Below, piece after piece: positions 56,128-64,000 of a stretch of 64,000 nt of DNA. The translations under genes were made by a program, and so were the position numbers. This DNA is from a virus (lineage: Duplodnaviria; Caudoviricetes), in IMG/VR virus record IMGVR_UViG_3300037863_000105, positions 950 through 64,949 of that record; one strand, written 5' to 3'. The notes beneath the pieces were generated by a model. That model saw nothing but the letters and a program-made list of their open reading frames with translations. It searched no databases and was not told the origin of the DNA. How positions within the stretch are numbered: the first letter of the stretch is position 1; every line of letters begins with the position of its first letter.

Positions 56128-56471
56128 TTACTTTACTACTAGAACCACATAGTCTGTGGTTGTCTGTACGGCTTCGTAAGCCTCAGGGAAAGCAAGTGCC
56201 AACTTCTTTGAGTCCACACCTGACCTTGAACGCTTGCTCTGCTCAATTCGGATTTCGCCATTTACTACGCCAACTTCGGCGTCTCCAAGAATTGCCTTGA
56301 TTTGTGCTTCAAGTTCTTTCTTGGTCTTTTCCAACTCGGTAATCATTGTTCGTGTTGTAACGAACTGGTTGATGACTTTCTGCATTTCTGCGTCAATCTC
56401 AACTGCGGTGTTTTCAACCTTTACTACCTTTACTGCTTTTACTACTTCAACTGCAACTGTTGCCTTAGACA
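56128..56471 (-). CDS. coiled-coil phage protein (resembles YqaJ C-terminal-type domain)
   Basis: LE.QIKAILGDAE...VDSKKL...FPE.Y. Confidence 0.6.
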
Positions 56472-56598
56472 TAACTAAGACTCCTTTTCGTTTTGTCATT
56501 TACTTCCAAACCCAATGTTGGGAAGTTTTGTTAAGTTTCCCTAACAAGAACTACATTACACGACCTATCTGACATTTGTCAAACTCATTTCGTGTGTT

Positions 56599-56790
56599 TT
56601 AGGTAACAGTTTGGTAACGCTTAATAACGCTCAAAGCCGAGACTGGCTCGGGGTATTTGGTGAACTCTTCGGTAACTACCTTTTCCACCCATTTGTCAAG
56701 AGTGTCCTCTCCAACCATTTCTGCTTTTTCTAGGAGAGTCTCTCTATTCCACGAGTTCATCATTTCTGAATAACCAATTGCGTCTTTCAT
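56599..56790 (-). CDS. hypothetical protein
   Basis: 63-aa ORF in co-directional region. Confidence 0.5.
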   Translation of the reverse strand: MKDAIGYSEMMNSWNRETLLEKAEMVGEDTLDKWVEKVVTEEFTKYPEPVSALSVIKRYQTVT

Positions 56791-56905
56791 TGTGTACTTC
56801 TTATCGGTGTGTGTAATTTTTTACCTGAGCATTGGGGGTCGCCCCTGAACTCCCAACTTCCAAAGTTGAGTTTGATTTCCCAACCGCATGATTGGCAAAT
56901 TGTCA

Positions 56906-57112
56906 TTAGATTCCTCCAACCATTTTCTTCCAACAATCGGGGTGTGTACCTGAGACAAGTTGTTCTCTCTCTGCTACATCTAAATCAGGGAAAGCATCTT
57001 GGATTAGTGCGCCACTATTTCGGCGTGCTATTCCTTCGTTCGGCACATTGAGTTCTCCTCTGTATCCGCAGATACCGCAGGTAGGTGTTTCTACTCTTGA
57101 TAGAAATGACAT
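56906..57112 (-). CDS. small Zn-binding-like protein
   Basis: CGIC...LIQDAFP.L...RE.L.SGTHPDCW. Confidence 0.65.
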   Translation of the reverse strand: MSFLSRVETPTCGICGYRGELNVPNEGIARRNSGALIQDAFPDLDVAEREQLVSGTHPDCWKKMVGGI

Positions 57113-57222
57113 TACTTACAACCTCCTGAGCAACTTGCACCATGGTTATAGTCGCGCTCTCGGATTTCCATGTTCGCGCCACATGACCAGCAATTTATGT
57201 AGATGAAAATGTCTTTAGCCAT
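57112..57222 (-). CDS. 36-aa Cys protein (below ORF-track cutoff)
   Basis: Translated by hand: MAKDIFIYINCWSCGANMEIRERDYNHGASCSGGCK; promoter and leader upstream; TAATG coupling. Confidence 0.55.
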   Translation of the reverse strand: MAKDIFIYINCWSCGANMEIRERDYNHGASCSGGCK

Positions 57223-57281
57223 TTCCTGTCCTTTCGTCGTTGTAGTTCTATTATTACCTAAATGCAGAAAGATGTCAAGTT

Positions 57282-57746
57282 CTAACCTTCGGCGTGTTGC
57301 GCATGTCCTACTAGCACCTCAATCGCAGCGGCATTTAGCATTTCCTCAGTCAGCCATGAGTCCGCAGAGGAGAGGGCTTCTTCAATGTCATCAGTAACCG
57401 CATCAAGATGTTCACCTTCTACATACATGTCAAACCAAGGGTTCATGTCATGTCTGAGTTCTTCTGTCTCTAGTGCTTTTGCTAACTTCTCGTCGGTGTC
57501 ATAGCCTCGTGCAATTAAATCGTCTCCGTCGTCGCAGTAGAGATTCTCTTTGGGGTTGTAATAAGACATGTCCCCGTCAAGATAAACATCTACTGAAAAA
57601 CCTAATTTTTTTACCGTGCAAACAAGACTGCCATAGCCTTTGTAGAAATCTGCTGACTTACGCTCGGCAGGAAGCGGTAAGCCTGGACTCCACTCTACTT
57701 TGCAGTCTGCTGGTATTTTTACAAACTTTATAGGTTTGATTGTCAT
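57282..57746 (-). CDS. hypothetical acidic protein
   Basis: AAAACGACGGAGGTAAAAAATG leader. Confidence 0.65.
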   Translation of the reverse strand: MTIKPIKFVKIPADCKVEWSPGLPLPAERKSADFYKGYGSLVCTVKKLGFSVDVYLDGDMSYYNPKENLYCDDGDDLIARGYDTDEKLAKALETEELRHDMNPWFDMYVEGEHLDAVTDDIEEALSSADSWLTEEMLNAAAIEVLVGHAQHAEG

Positions 57747-57905
57747 TTTTTACCTCCGTCGTTTTATAGCTCGTAGTTTGTTGGAAACGAAGAGCCCCTC
57801 CGTAACATGAGGGACGAAGGGACTCTCCGTTTTTTACCGCAACTCTCTTTGCAGGTTTGGACACGCGCTGGAAGGACGCATACCCGCATCAAGAGATTAT
57901 TGAGT

Positions 57906-59738
57906 TTAGGCGTTTATCCTACCCACATTTGTAAGTTCCCCTGCTGCTGCTCTACCAATCTCTGACGCTGCACCAGTAGGGTCTAACACTCCCGACATGA
58001 CTGCTGCCTTGCCATGTTGCGTTATGTCTCTTGCACCGCTTCCACCATCAAACGGCAACCATAAAATTGCCACACCAGCAGAATTACATTGAGTCACCCA
58101 CTTGCGTGCGTGTGCTCGTTCCTCAGGGGTGTATTGACCATCTGAAACGACAACCAAAAGTCTAGCACCGCTTCCGTTCAGTAAGTTGAGACTTCCGTCT
58201 AATGCTCTAAAAGCCTTATCGAACTTCTCCGTGCCATCGGAGGCGGTATAAATGTTCACATCTGTAAGGTGTTGTCCCGCTTTTAAGGTAGGAAATACAT
58301 CACTTCCGTAGTACACCATGGCACACCTTCCCTGCACACGGCGAACTGCTTCTGACATTACCCACGCAGTAGTAGCCATAGGTTGCATAGCAGAACCCAT
58401 TGAGCCCGAAATGTCTACCATCACGCCAACTGTAAGGGTTGGGTCGTCTGTGTGCTTACGAACTGTTCGACGAAACGGCGCAACCTGTTGCATGACTCCA
58501 CGCTCTCTCAACGCACTAGCCTGAACCATCTGCCTAGTACGCAATCTTCCTGGAGGTGTGATGCTTGCAATCTCTACGGCATCACGCTCACGGTACTTTG
58601 CTTTCTCCAACATCTGTGCAATCTTTACCGCAGCAATTCTTTCTTCTGATGTAGGTGTGCGAGTCTCCATGAGACGAGAGGAACTTTTTGATGTTCCTAC
58701 TCCTGTGGATTTGTCAAAAACTTCTTTCGCAGCATCTGCGTTCTTCTTTCTGTCCACGGCTTCGTTAGCCTTATTTTTTACTTCTTCTTTCCAATTCTCA
58801 TCTTGCTCTTGGTCTGCAAGTGCATCAGCGTTTCTAATAGAGATAGACGCACCCGCTTCTTCGAGTGCCTCCATAAGCATCTCCGCAAACTCCGCAGACA
58901 TACCTTCTCCACTACCGCCTTCACCTTCTCCACCCTGAGGCTTTCCATCTTCTTTTGGTGCATCGCCTTTTTCCTCGGCAACTTCACGAATAATTTTTGC
59001 CCACTCTTTTGCAAGTGGATAAAGTAGTTCAGCATTTGCATGCATTGTGTGTGCCTGAAACTTTGCAGCAATCCCCCGCAACTTCACAATAACTTCAGGA
59101 CTCATGTACGCATCAACTAATTCAACTAAATCTTTTACATCTGCTTTATCTAAGATGCCTGCATCTATACGAGCATGGACTGTTGCCACTAAAAACGCAG
59201 CACTTTCAGTATTCGATGAACCAGCAAACTTTTCTTTGGCATCGGCAATCACTATGTCCATAGCGCATGCACGAAGAAAGTTTAGAGCCTCAGGCATAGC
59301 CAGTAGTCCCTGTGCTTCGATTCGACTTTCTTCTAAAAGAACAAGTGCATTGTGTTCGTCTTTTTCTAAATCTTTGTATGCTTTTTCTAAGTCCCATTGT
59401 GAGAACTTTGCGTGAAAGGCTTCATGCATAATTGCACCTACTGCGCGAGGGAACTCAAACTGTTGCGAGCGCTCCCGCAAGTCTCCTACAAGTTCAGGTG
59501 TAGCCATCTTGCCAAAAGCAATCGCGGTATCTACTTCAATCTCTGCAAGCGCTGGGCTGTAACACGCTGGCGCTCCATGTCCCGCATCTGTGCCAACATA
59601 ACCAACTAGGTCATAGCGCTCGCTCCATTTGTTAGCAAGTTCGCCAATGGCTCTGCCAACTCCCAACCACTCTGTTGGTGTGTTCTGTGCGCGAGTCGCA
59701 TCTGTCTTTATGTGTCCCATGTCTTTGTATCCTTCCAA
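57906..59738 (-). CDS. VWA-domain protein with N-terminal HExxH metallopeptidase-like domain
   Basis: IMHEAFH...LLEESRIE; MIDAS VDISGSMG, SDGT, VVSDG. Confidence 0.85.
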   Translation of the reverse strand: MEGYKDMGHIKTDATRAQNTPTEWLGVGRAIGELANKWSERYDLVGYVGTDAGHGAPACYSPALAEIEVDTAIAFGKMATPELVGDLRERSQQFEFPRAVGAIMHEAFHAKFSQWDLEKAYKDLEKDEHNALVLLEESRIEAQGLLAMPEALNFLRACAMDIVIADAKEKFAGSSNTESAAFLVATVHARIDAGILDKADVKDLVELVDAYMSPEVIVKLRGIAAKFQAHTMHANAELLYPLAKEWAKIIREVAEEKGDAPKEDGKPQGGEGEGGSGEGMSAEFAEMLMEALEEAGASISIRNADALADQEQDENWKEEVKNKANEAVDRKKNADAAKEVFDKSTGVGTSKSSSRLMETRTPTSEERIAAVKIAQMLEKAKYRERDAVEIASITPPGRLRTRQMVQASALRERGVMQQVAPFRRTVRKHTDDPTLTVGVMVDISGSMGSAMQPMATTAWVMSEAVRRVQGRCAMVYYGSDVFPTLKAGQHLTDVNIYTASDGTEKFDKAFRALDGSLNLLNGSGARLLVVVSDGQYTPEERAHARKWVTQCNSAGVAILWLPFDGGSGARDITQHGKAAVMSGVLDPTGAASEIGRAAAGELTNVGRINA

Positions 59739-59864
59739 TTTCCCGTGTCCAAACGGGGTAGTGTAATTCTATAATGAAACTTTGCTGGGTGTCAAGTAGG
59801 GGGTTGGGAGAGGAGCGACACCCATGAAGCCCCTCCCCCTCAACGAAGTCTAAGTAGGGGGTAC

Positions 59865-60899
59865 TTAGATTTTCGCTGGCTTACACTCGACCGCATACAC
59901 ACGAGTCAAGACATCAGCCACAATCGGACGGTCTAACTCAGGTGATGCAGCGAGAAGATTTGCGATAGCAAACTCCGTGCCAAAAGTTTCTGCTATGTCA
60001 CGGAACGCCATCAACTCACGCATCTGTGGCGACCAAGAAACTTCTCTTGCAAGTTGTTTCTTTGCCAAGTTCTGAGCAGCAGTTACAAGAACTGTTGGAA
60101 CGCCCATCTTGCGAGCAAGATTCCAGTCGGTAGTCATTTCAACCTGCAAGGTGAAACGAGATAGCAACGCCTCTGACAAACGAACTCCTGGAGCGTTGGG
60201 GTTAGTTGCAGCAACCACGAAGAACTCGGGGTGTGCCTTTACTGTGCCTCGCTCAGGATTTGCTGTGATTGTAAGTTCACGGCGTCCGTCCATAAGTCCG
60301 TAGACGATTGAAAGAACCTTAGGGTCAATCAAACCAATCTCGTCAATGAAATAGACGCCACCTGTTTCCGCGGCTTTTACTAGGTCTCCATCAACCCACT
60401 CAAAACCACCCGCAGGTGTCTGAACATAGCCACCAATCATGTCAGCAACTTCGGTGTCGCCAGTTCCCATCAAGGTATAAACATCTGAGTATGCAGCCTC
60501 AACGAGTGCAGTTTTACCGCAACCTGGAGCACCATACAAAAGTGCGAACAAGGCAGAACCATTAGCACCTGCAAAAACCTTTGAGGTTGCCTCGCGGGCT
60601 TTACGAAGCGTAAGAACATCTGAGTGAGAACCCCACTTGCGACCATAGTATTTAGAACCATTTGGTCTTATGTAAGCATCTTCACCTTCCATGCCCTCAA
60701 CGGCAACAGCATTGTCAAGCGCACGCTTTCTTGGCGCACGCTCTGCACCTGATGCACGAGCGACATAGCGACCTGTTGGGGTCACCTTTGCACTAAGTTG
60801 CATTGAAGCATCTTTATTTGCAACCTGTGAAACTACATCTACAACAGCGTCCCAAAAACCAACGCCTAAATCTGCGTATCTTTCTTTTAATGTTTCCAT
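59865..60899 (-). CDS. MoxR-class (CbbQ/NorQ/CobS-like) AAA+ ATPase
   Basis: LYGAPGCGKT, WVDG.L, YFIDEI, ATNP, EALLSRF. Confidence 0.9.
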   Translation of the reverse strand: METLKERYADLGVGFWDAVVDVVSQVANKDASMQLSAKVTPTGRYVARASGAERAPRKRALDNAVAVEGMEGEDAYIRPNGSKYYGRKWGSHSDVLTLRKAREATSKVFAGANGSALFALLYGAPGCGKTALVEAAYSDVYTLMGTGDTEVADMIGGYVQTPAGGFEWVDGDLVKAAETGGVYFIDEIGLIDPKVLSIVYGLMDGRRELTITANPERGTVKAHPEFFVVAATNPNAPGVRLSEALLSRFTLQVEMTTDWNLARKMGVPTVLVTAAQNLAKKQLAREVSWSPQMRELMAFRDIAETFGTEFAIANLLAASPELDRPIVADVLTRVYAVECKPAKI

Positions 60900-60917
60900 T
60901 TTTTACTCCCCTAATTC

Positions 60918-61370
60918 TTATACTGCTACGGCATCAAAGCCGAGCGCTGTCTTTGTTTGGTTGATGCGGTACATCAACTTATTGGGTGTCTTTGATGATT
61001 TGACATCATCAAGGTCTTTCTTTGATGCCTCGATAAGTAGTGGCTCTTTTTTCATAATCCAGCCACCATTTTTGACTCCATCAAAAAGTTGAGTTGCAAA
61101 ACTTAAGCGGGACTCCGCAAAAAGTTCTTTGTCAGCATTTTCAAGTGGTGCGCCATCTAGATTAGTGATTTGACGCCAAGACATCTTTGAGTCTCTCCAT
61201 TGTTTTTTGAGAGTGTCAGGTGTGGTGACTCGGCGGTATAAAGAAGCAGGTACTTCTGCCCCCATGCTGTCGTAGCCATCGGGTGTGATAAGTATTTGCA
61301 TCGTTGCTCCAGGTTTTACAAACTCTGTATAAACGGCAATACCTTGTACATCTTTCGTTGCATCTAGCAT
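60918..61370 (-). CDS. hypothetical protein co-transcribed with the AAA+ gene
   Basis: Promoter TTGACA(61453-61448)-18 nt-TATGAT upstream. Confidence 0.65.
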   Translation of the reverse strand: MLDATKDVQGIAVYTEFVKPGATMQILITPDGYDSMGAEVPASLYRRVTTPDTLKKQWRDSKMSWRQITNLDGAPLENADKELFAESRLSFATQLFDGVKNGGWIMKKEPLLIEASKKDLDDVKSSKTPNKLMYRINQTKTALGFDAVAV

Positions 61371-61485
61371 CTTGTTTCCTTTCGGGTTATGGGTGTCTAC
61401 TAGGTTTATTAAGTTATAGGTTTATCATAGATGAGAGTGCAGGGAGGTGTCAAGTCCTCACACCCTCAACTTGATAACAATTTGA

Positions 61486-61941
61486 TTACGAAGTGAAGAC
61501 TGATGCCAACTCAGGGTATTTAGAGATAAACTCTTCATGCTTTCTCTTATTCAATTCCCGAGTTGCCTCAGGGATAAGGTCTGCATGATTTGAAATAAAG
61601 TCTGCAAAAGGTATCTGAGCAACAACATCATCTGAGTTGTCGTTATCGCAAATAAGAACTTGTTGTGTCTCTAGGTCTGCAATCAAGATGTAGTGGTAAT
61701 CAGAACCATGTGCAGTTCCACCTACATACATACCAAACCCAGTTTCTTCGTTCCACTCATTACCAACTAACTGCGACATGATGATGCGAGTTGCGTATGA
61801 GTCATCTGACCATCGTCGCTCTGCTTTTGCTAGTGCATCAGCAAAGATAGAATCTTGGTCTGAACCACCATGATGTGAATACATAAAAATAATTGGACTT
61901 GTTGAAGTTGCCTTCACTCCTGCTACGGCACGGTCTCCCAT
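61486..61941 (-). CDS. hypothetical phage protein
   Basis: MGDRA...MYSHHGG; own promoter (62015-62010) and leader. Confidence 0.7.
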   Translation of the reverse strand: MGDRAVAGVKATSTSPIIFMYSHHGGSDQDSIFADALAKAERRWSDDSYATRIIMSQLVGNEWNEETGFGMYVGGTAHGSDYHYILIADLETQQVLICDNDNSDDVVAQIPFADFISNHADLIPEATRELNKRKHEEFISKYPELASVFTS

Positions 61942-62094
61942 GATTTTCCTTTCGTCGTTTTCTCTGCCTCTATGGCATTAACATGATTATTGCATCATCT
62001 CTATGCACTTGTCAAGTTCATTTCAAAAAATCTTCTTCGGCGTGTCGCAAAAAAGAAGTGAGCCAGTTTTATCTCGACATGGCTTAGGTCGGTA

Positions 62095-62126
62095 TTCGGG
62101 AGGAAACGACGAAGAAACCTCCCGAA
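62095..62126 (-). other. 9-bp hairpin whose loop is antisense to the early-gene leader motif
   Basis: TTCGGGAGG / CCTCCCGAA arms; minus-strand loop TTTCTTCGTCGTTT. Confidence 0.6.
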
Positions 62127-62131
62127 GTTTT

Positions 62132-62428
62132 TTACTTCTCGTACTTTGTTAAGTCTACGCCTAATGCTTCAAGTTTTGCTCGGAGAGCATCTTCTTTAGC
62201 ATCTGGCTCGTATGACTCTGTCAAAACTCTTGCAACCTCGGGGCGTGCCCACTCAGATGCTTCTTCAACTATTTGCCAATCAAGTTCGTTCCAATGAGTT
62301 GTTTCCATAATGGTCAGCCCATCAGCGTTTCCGTAGTTGCCGTCTTCAGCAAAGTAGTTCAAGGTACGAACAACTTCCGTGGTTGCAGCTACAGCTACAG
62401 CTTCTGTATTTTTTACCTTCTTTGTCAT
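62132..62428 (-). CDS. hypothetical protein
   Basis: SD AAAAGGAG; 98 aa. Confidence 0.65.
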   Translation of the reverse strand: MTKKVKNTEAVAVAATTEVVRTLNYFAEDGNYGNADGLTIMETTHWNELDWQIVEEASEWARPEVARVLTESYEPDAKEDALRAKLEALGVDLTKYEK

Positions 62429-62524
62429 AACGACTCCTTTTCTCTTGCTGTTGTAAGTTTAGTATTTTTTACCTAGGCACGCCGAAAGAAGGGGGATTCT
62501 CATCCCCCTCCCACGCCATACTAA

Positions 62525-63241
62525 TTATCCGATAAGTTCGGAGATGTCATCAATTGCCTGAACTGCTTCCGCTACTTGCGTAGGGGTGTTTGGGCAGTCC
62601 TCGAACCATTCGGTTGAGTCTTCTTCGTTTGCACATACACAGGCAAGTACTCGGTCTAGGTTCACATAATCCGTGTGGCTCTCAGGGATACCCCACTCCT
62701 TGACTACGCCCATCTGGCCGTCCTCGCCTGAGAACTCCACGCCCCAACCTTGTTCCTCTTCACAGTAGAAATTAAAGGTCAGTTCTGGATGCTGTTCAAC
62801 CATTGCCTCGAATACTTTGTATGCAGGACTCCAAGCGGTCTCAAAGTGGTACTGAACCACACCCTTGCCATCAGTGAAAGACTCTTCTTTCTTTTTTGAG
62901 CCAGAGATTTCCCACTTCGTGCCCCACTCTCTAACATTCCAGTCGTACCAACCTGCGGTTTTGAACTGCATTGAGAACGCCATCTTCTCTTGAGTAGACA
63001 TCTCTTCATAACCTTCGGGCTTGTAATCACTTGCCGCAAAGTAAGCCTCTTTATCTTCTGGCTGTTTGAAGTTCCAGAAAAGGATTTCTCCTTCGGTAAT
63101 GTCTTTTTTTACCTTGCCAGTGTTCTCACCGAACTGTTCTAGGTGAGAAGTCTCGTAAGGCTGTCTTGCCTTTTCCATAAATACTTTTACATCTTTTTCT
63201 GAGCCTTCAACGCTCAGGTTGTTGTACACCCAATTTGGCAT
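62525..63241 (-). CDS. DUF1281/YubB ferredoxin-like domain protein
   Basis: MPNWVYNNL, WYDWNVREWGTKW, FETAWSP, CEEEQGW. Confidence 0.8.
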   Translation of the reverse strand: MPNWVYNNLSVEGSEKDVKVFMEKARQPYETSHLEQFGENTGKVKKDITEGEILFWNFKQPEDKEAYFAASDYKPEGYEEMSTQEKMAFSMQFKTAGWYDWNVREWGTKWEISGSKKKEESFTDGKGVVQYHFETAWSPAYKVFEAMVEQHPELTFNFYCEEEQGWGVEFSGEDGQMGVVKEWGIPESHTDYVNLDRVLACVCANEEDSTEWFEDCPNTPTQVAEAVQAIDDISELIG

Positions 63242-63278
63242 TTTTTTCCTCTAGTCGTTTGTTTGGTCTTACAGGTTT

Positions 63279-63308
63279 ATTATAGTGCACTGACCTAACC
63301 AATGTCAA
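63279..63308 (-). promoter_or_regulatory. SigA-type promoter
   Basis: TTGACA-18 nt-TATAAT. Confidence 0.8.
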
Positions 63309-63331
63309 GCCAGTGCACCGTAGAATTATTT

Positions 63332-63604
63332 TTACCAGTTATCTGAACTGCACTCTTCGTGTCTGTCCATACAGCAATCACAGGATGCTTCTACATCTCC
63401 GCGCTCTCTATCTTCTTCTTCAACATCTTCCGTGTAGCGTTTGGCCACACAACAAAGTTGTCCCCAGTACTCAATGTGCTCGGGGCATCCGCAACAGAAT
63501 AAACATTCTTCAATGCCACCCTTGTCGTTTTTATTAGAGTTGGTACAACCAAAGACATCCGTGTCACGAACCGTGCAGCAAGTACATACTGTAATTGTTA
63601 CCAT
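63332..63604 (-). CDS. Cys-rich acidic protein (14 Cys in 90 aa)
   Basis: Start reset to ATG 63604 (TGATG coupling); CTCC, CCGC, CC, CDCC. Confidence 0.6.
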   Translation of the reverse strand: MVTITVCTCCTVRDTDVFGCTNSNKNDKGGIEECLFCCGCPEHIEYWGQLCCVAKRYTEDVEEEDRERGDVEASCDCCMDRHEECSSDNW

Positions 63605-63738
63605 CACTCGCTTACCTCGCAATCGTGTCCGTAGTGCCATTCGGCAGCCTGCTCTTCATCAAACATGTCAAACTTGCGTTTGCACTCAATGCAGATTTGA
63701 TTTGACTCTTGCAATACAGTTCTTAGAAAGTTGTCCAT
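63604..63738 (-). CDS. 44-aa protein with CxxC...H..C (below ORF-track cutoff)
   Basis: Translated by hand: MDNFLRTVLQESNQICIECKRKFDMFDEEQAAEWHYGHDCEVSE. Confidence 0.6.
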   Translation of the reverse strand: MDNFLRTVLQESNQICIECKRKFDMFDEEQAAEWHYGHDCEVSE

Positions 63739-63742
63739 TTGA

Positions 63743-63943
63743 TTACCCTTCGCTCTTGGGACAGTCCCAGTAGTCGTAGCCATCTTCGTTGATTTCGCAT
63801 TTACGGCACTCTCCGAAAATAACTAAGTCGTCTGCGTGAGATTGAATCTCATCTAACGCCCCATCTAACTTTTCAATGATTTCTCTATCTATGCCTTTTA
63901 ATTCTTTAAGGACATTAAGTATTTCTTCTTTACTTGAACTCAT
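63743..63943 (-). CDS. hypothetical protein
   Basis: AAACGACGAGAGG leader; CRKC...C. Confidence 0.65.
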   Translation of the reverse strand: MSSSKEEILNVLKELKGIDREIIEKLDGALDEIQSHADDLVIFGECRKCEINEDGYDYWDCPKSEG

Positions 63944-64000
63944 TTTGTTCCTCTCGTCGTTTGTTGGGGGAAGCCCCTACATTTCTTATTATAGAGACTT

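Noticed and set aside
1-64000. tRNA, integrase, transposase, reverse transcriptase or alternative genetic code
   Set aside because: No cloverleaf or catalytic signatures seen; standard-code ORFs tile the sequence without broken genes.

Overview
A 64-kb segment of a lytic, tailed (siphovirus-like) dsDNA phage with low GC (low-40s % by eye). Two WhiB genes, actinobacterial-type extended Shine-Dalgarno sites (GAAAGG) and a mycobacteriophage cluster-B-like head module point to an actinobacterial host; a low-GC freshwater lineage is inferred, not shown. Layout: (i) 0.4-10.5 kb, minus strand: two WhiBs, a T4-beta-glucosyltransferase-like protein, SSB/AAA/PD-(D/E)XK recombination trio, SNF2 helicase, RuvC-like resolvase, PolA. 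(ii) 10.5-47.2 kb, minus strand: the virion operon (portal, accessory head polyproteins, a 3084-aa protein with DEDDh exonuclease and C-terminal HipA/PI3K-like kinase followed by two small acidic genes, protease fusion, two capsid proteins, neck, tail tube, chaperones, tape measure, tail tip, fibre). No terminase is recognisable in the window. (iii) about 47.9-48.4 kb: AT-rich, ACTAGT-rich non-coding divergence point. (iv) 48.4-64 kb: short early/accessory cassettes with repeated SigA-type promoters, a shared AACGACGA leader motif, a strand-polarised AGGTAAAAAAT motif, a transglycosylase with a structured leader, a CX5R phosphatase, a proteasome-beta/HslV-like peptidase and a MoxR AAA+/VWA pair. 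All family names come from motifs recognised by eye; no database searches were run.
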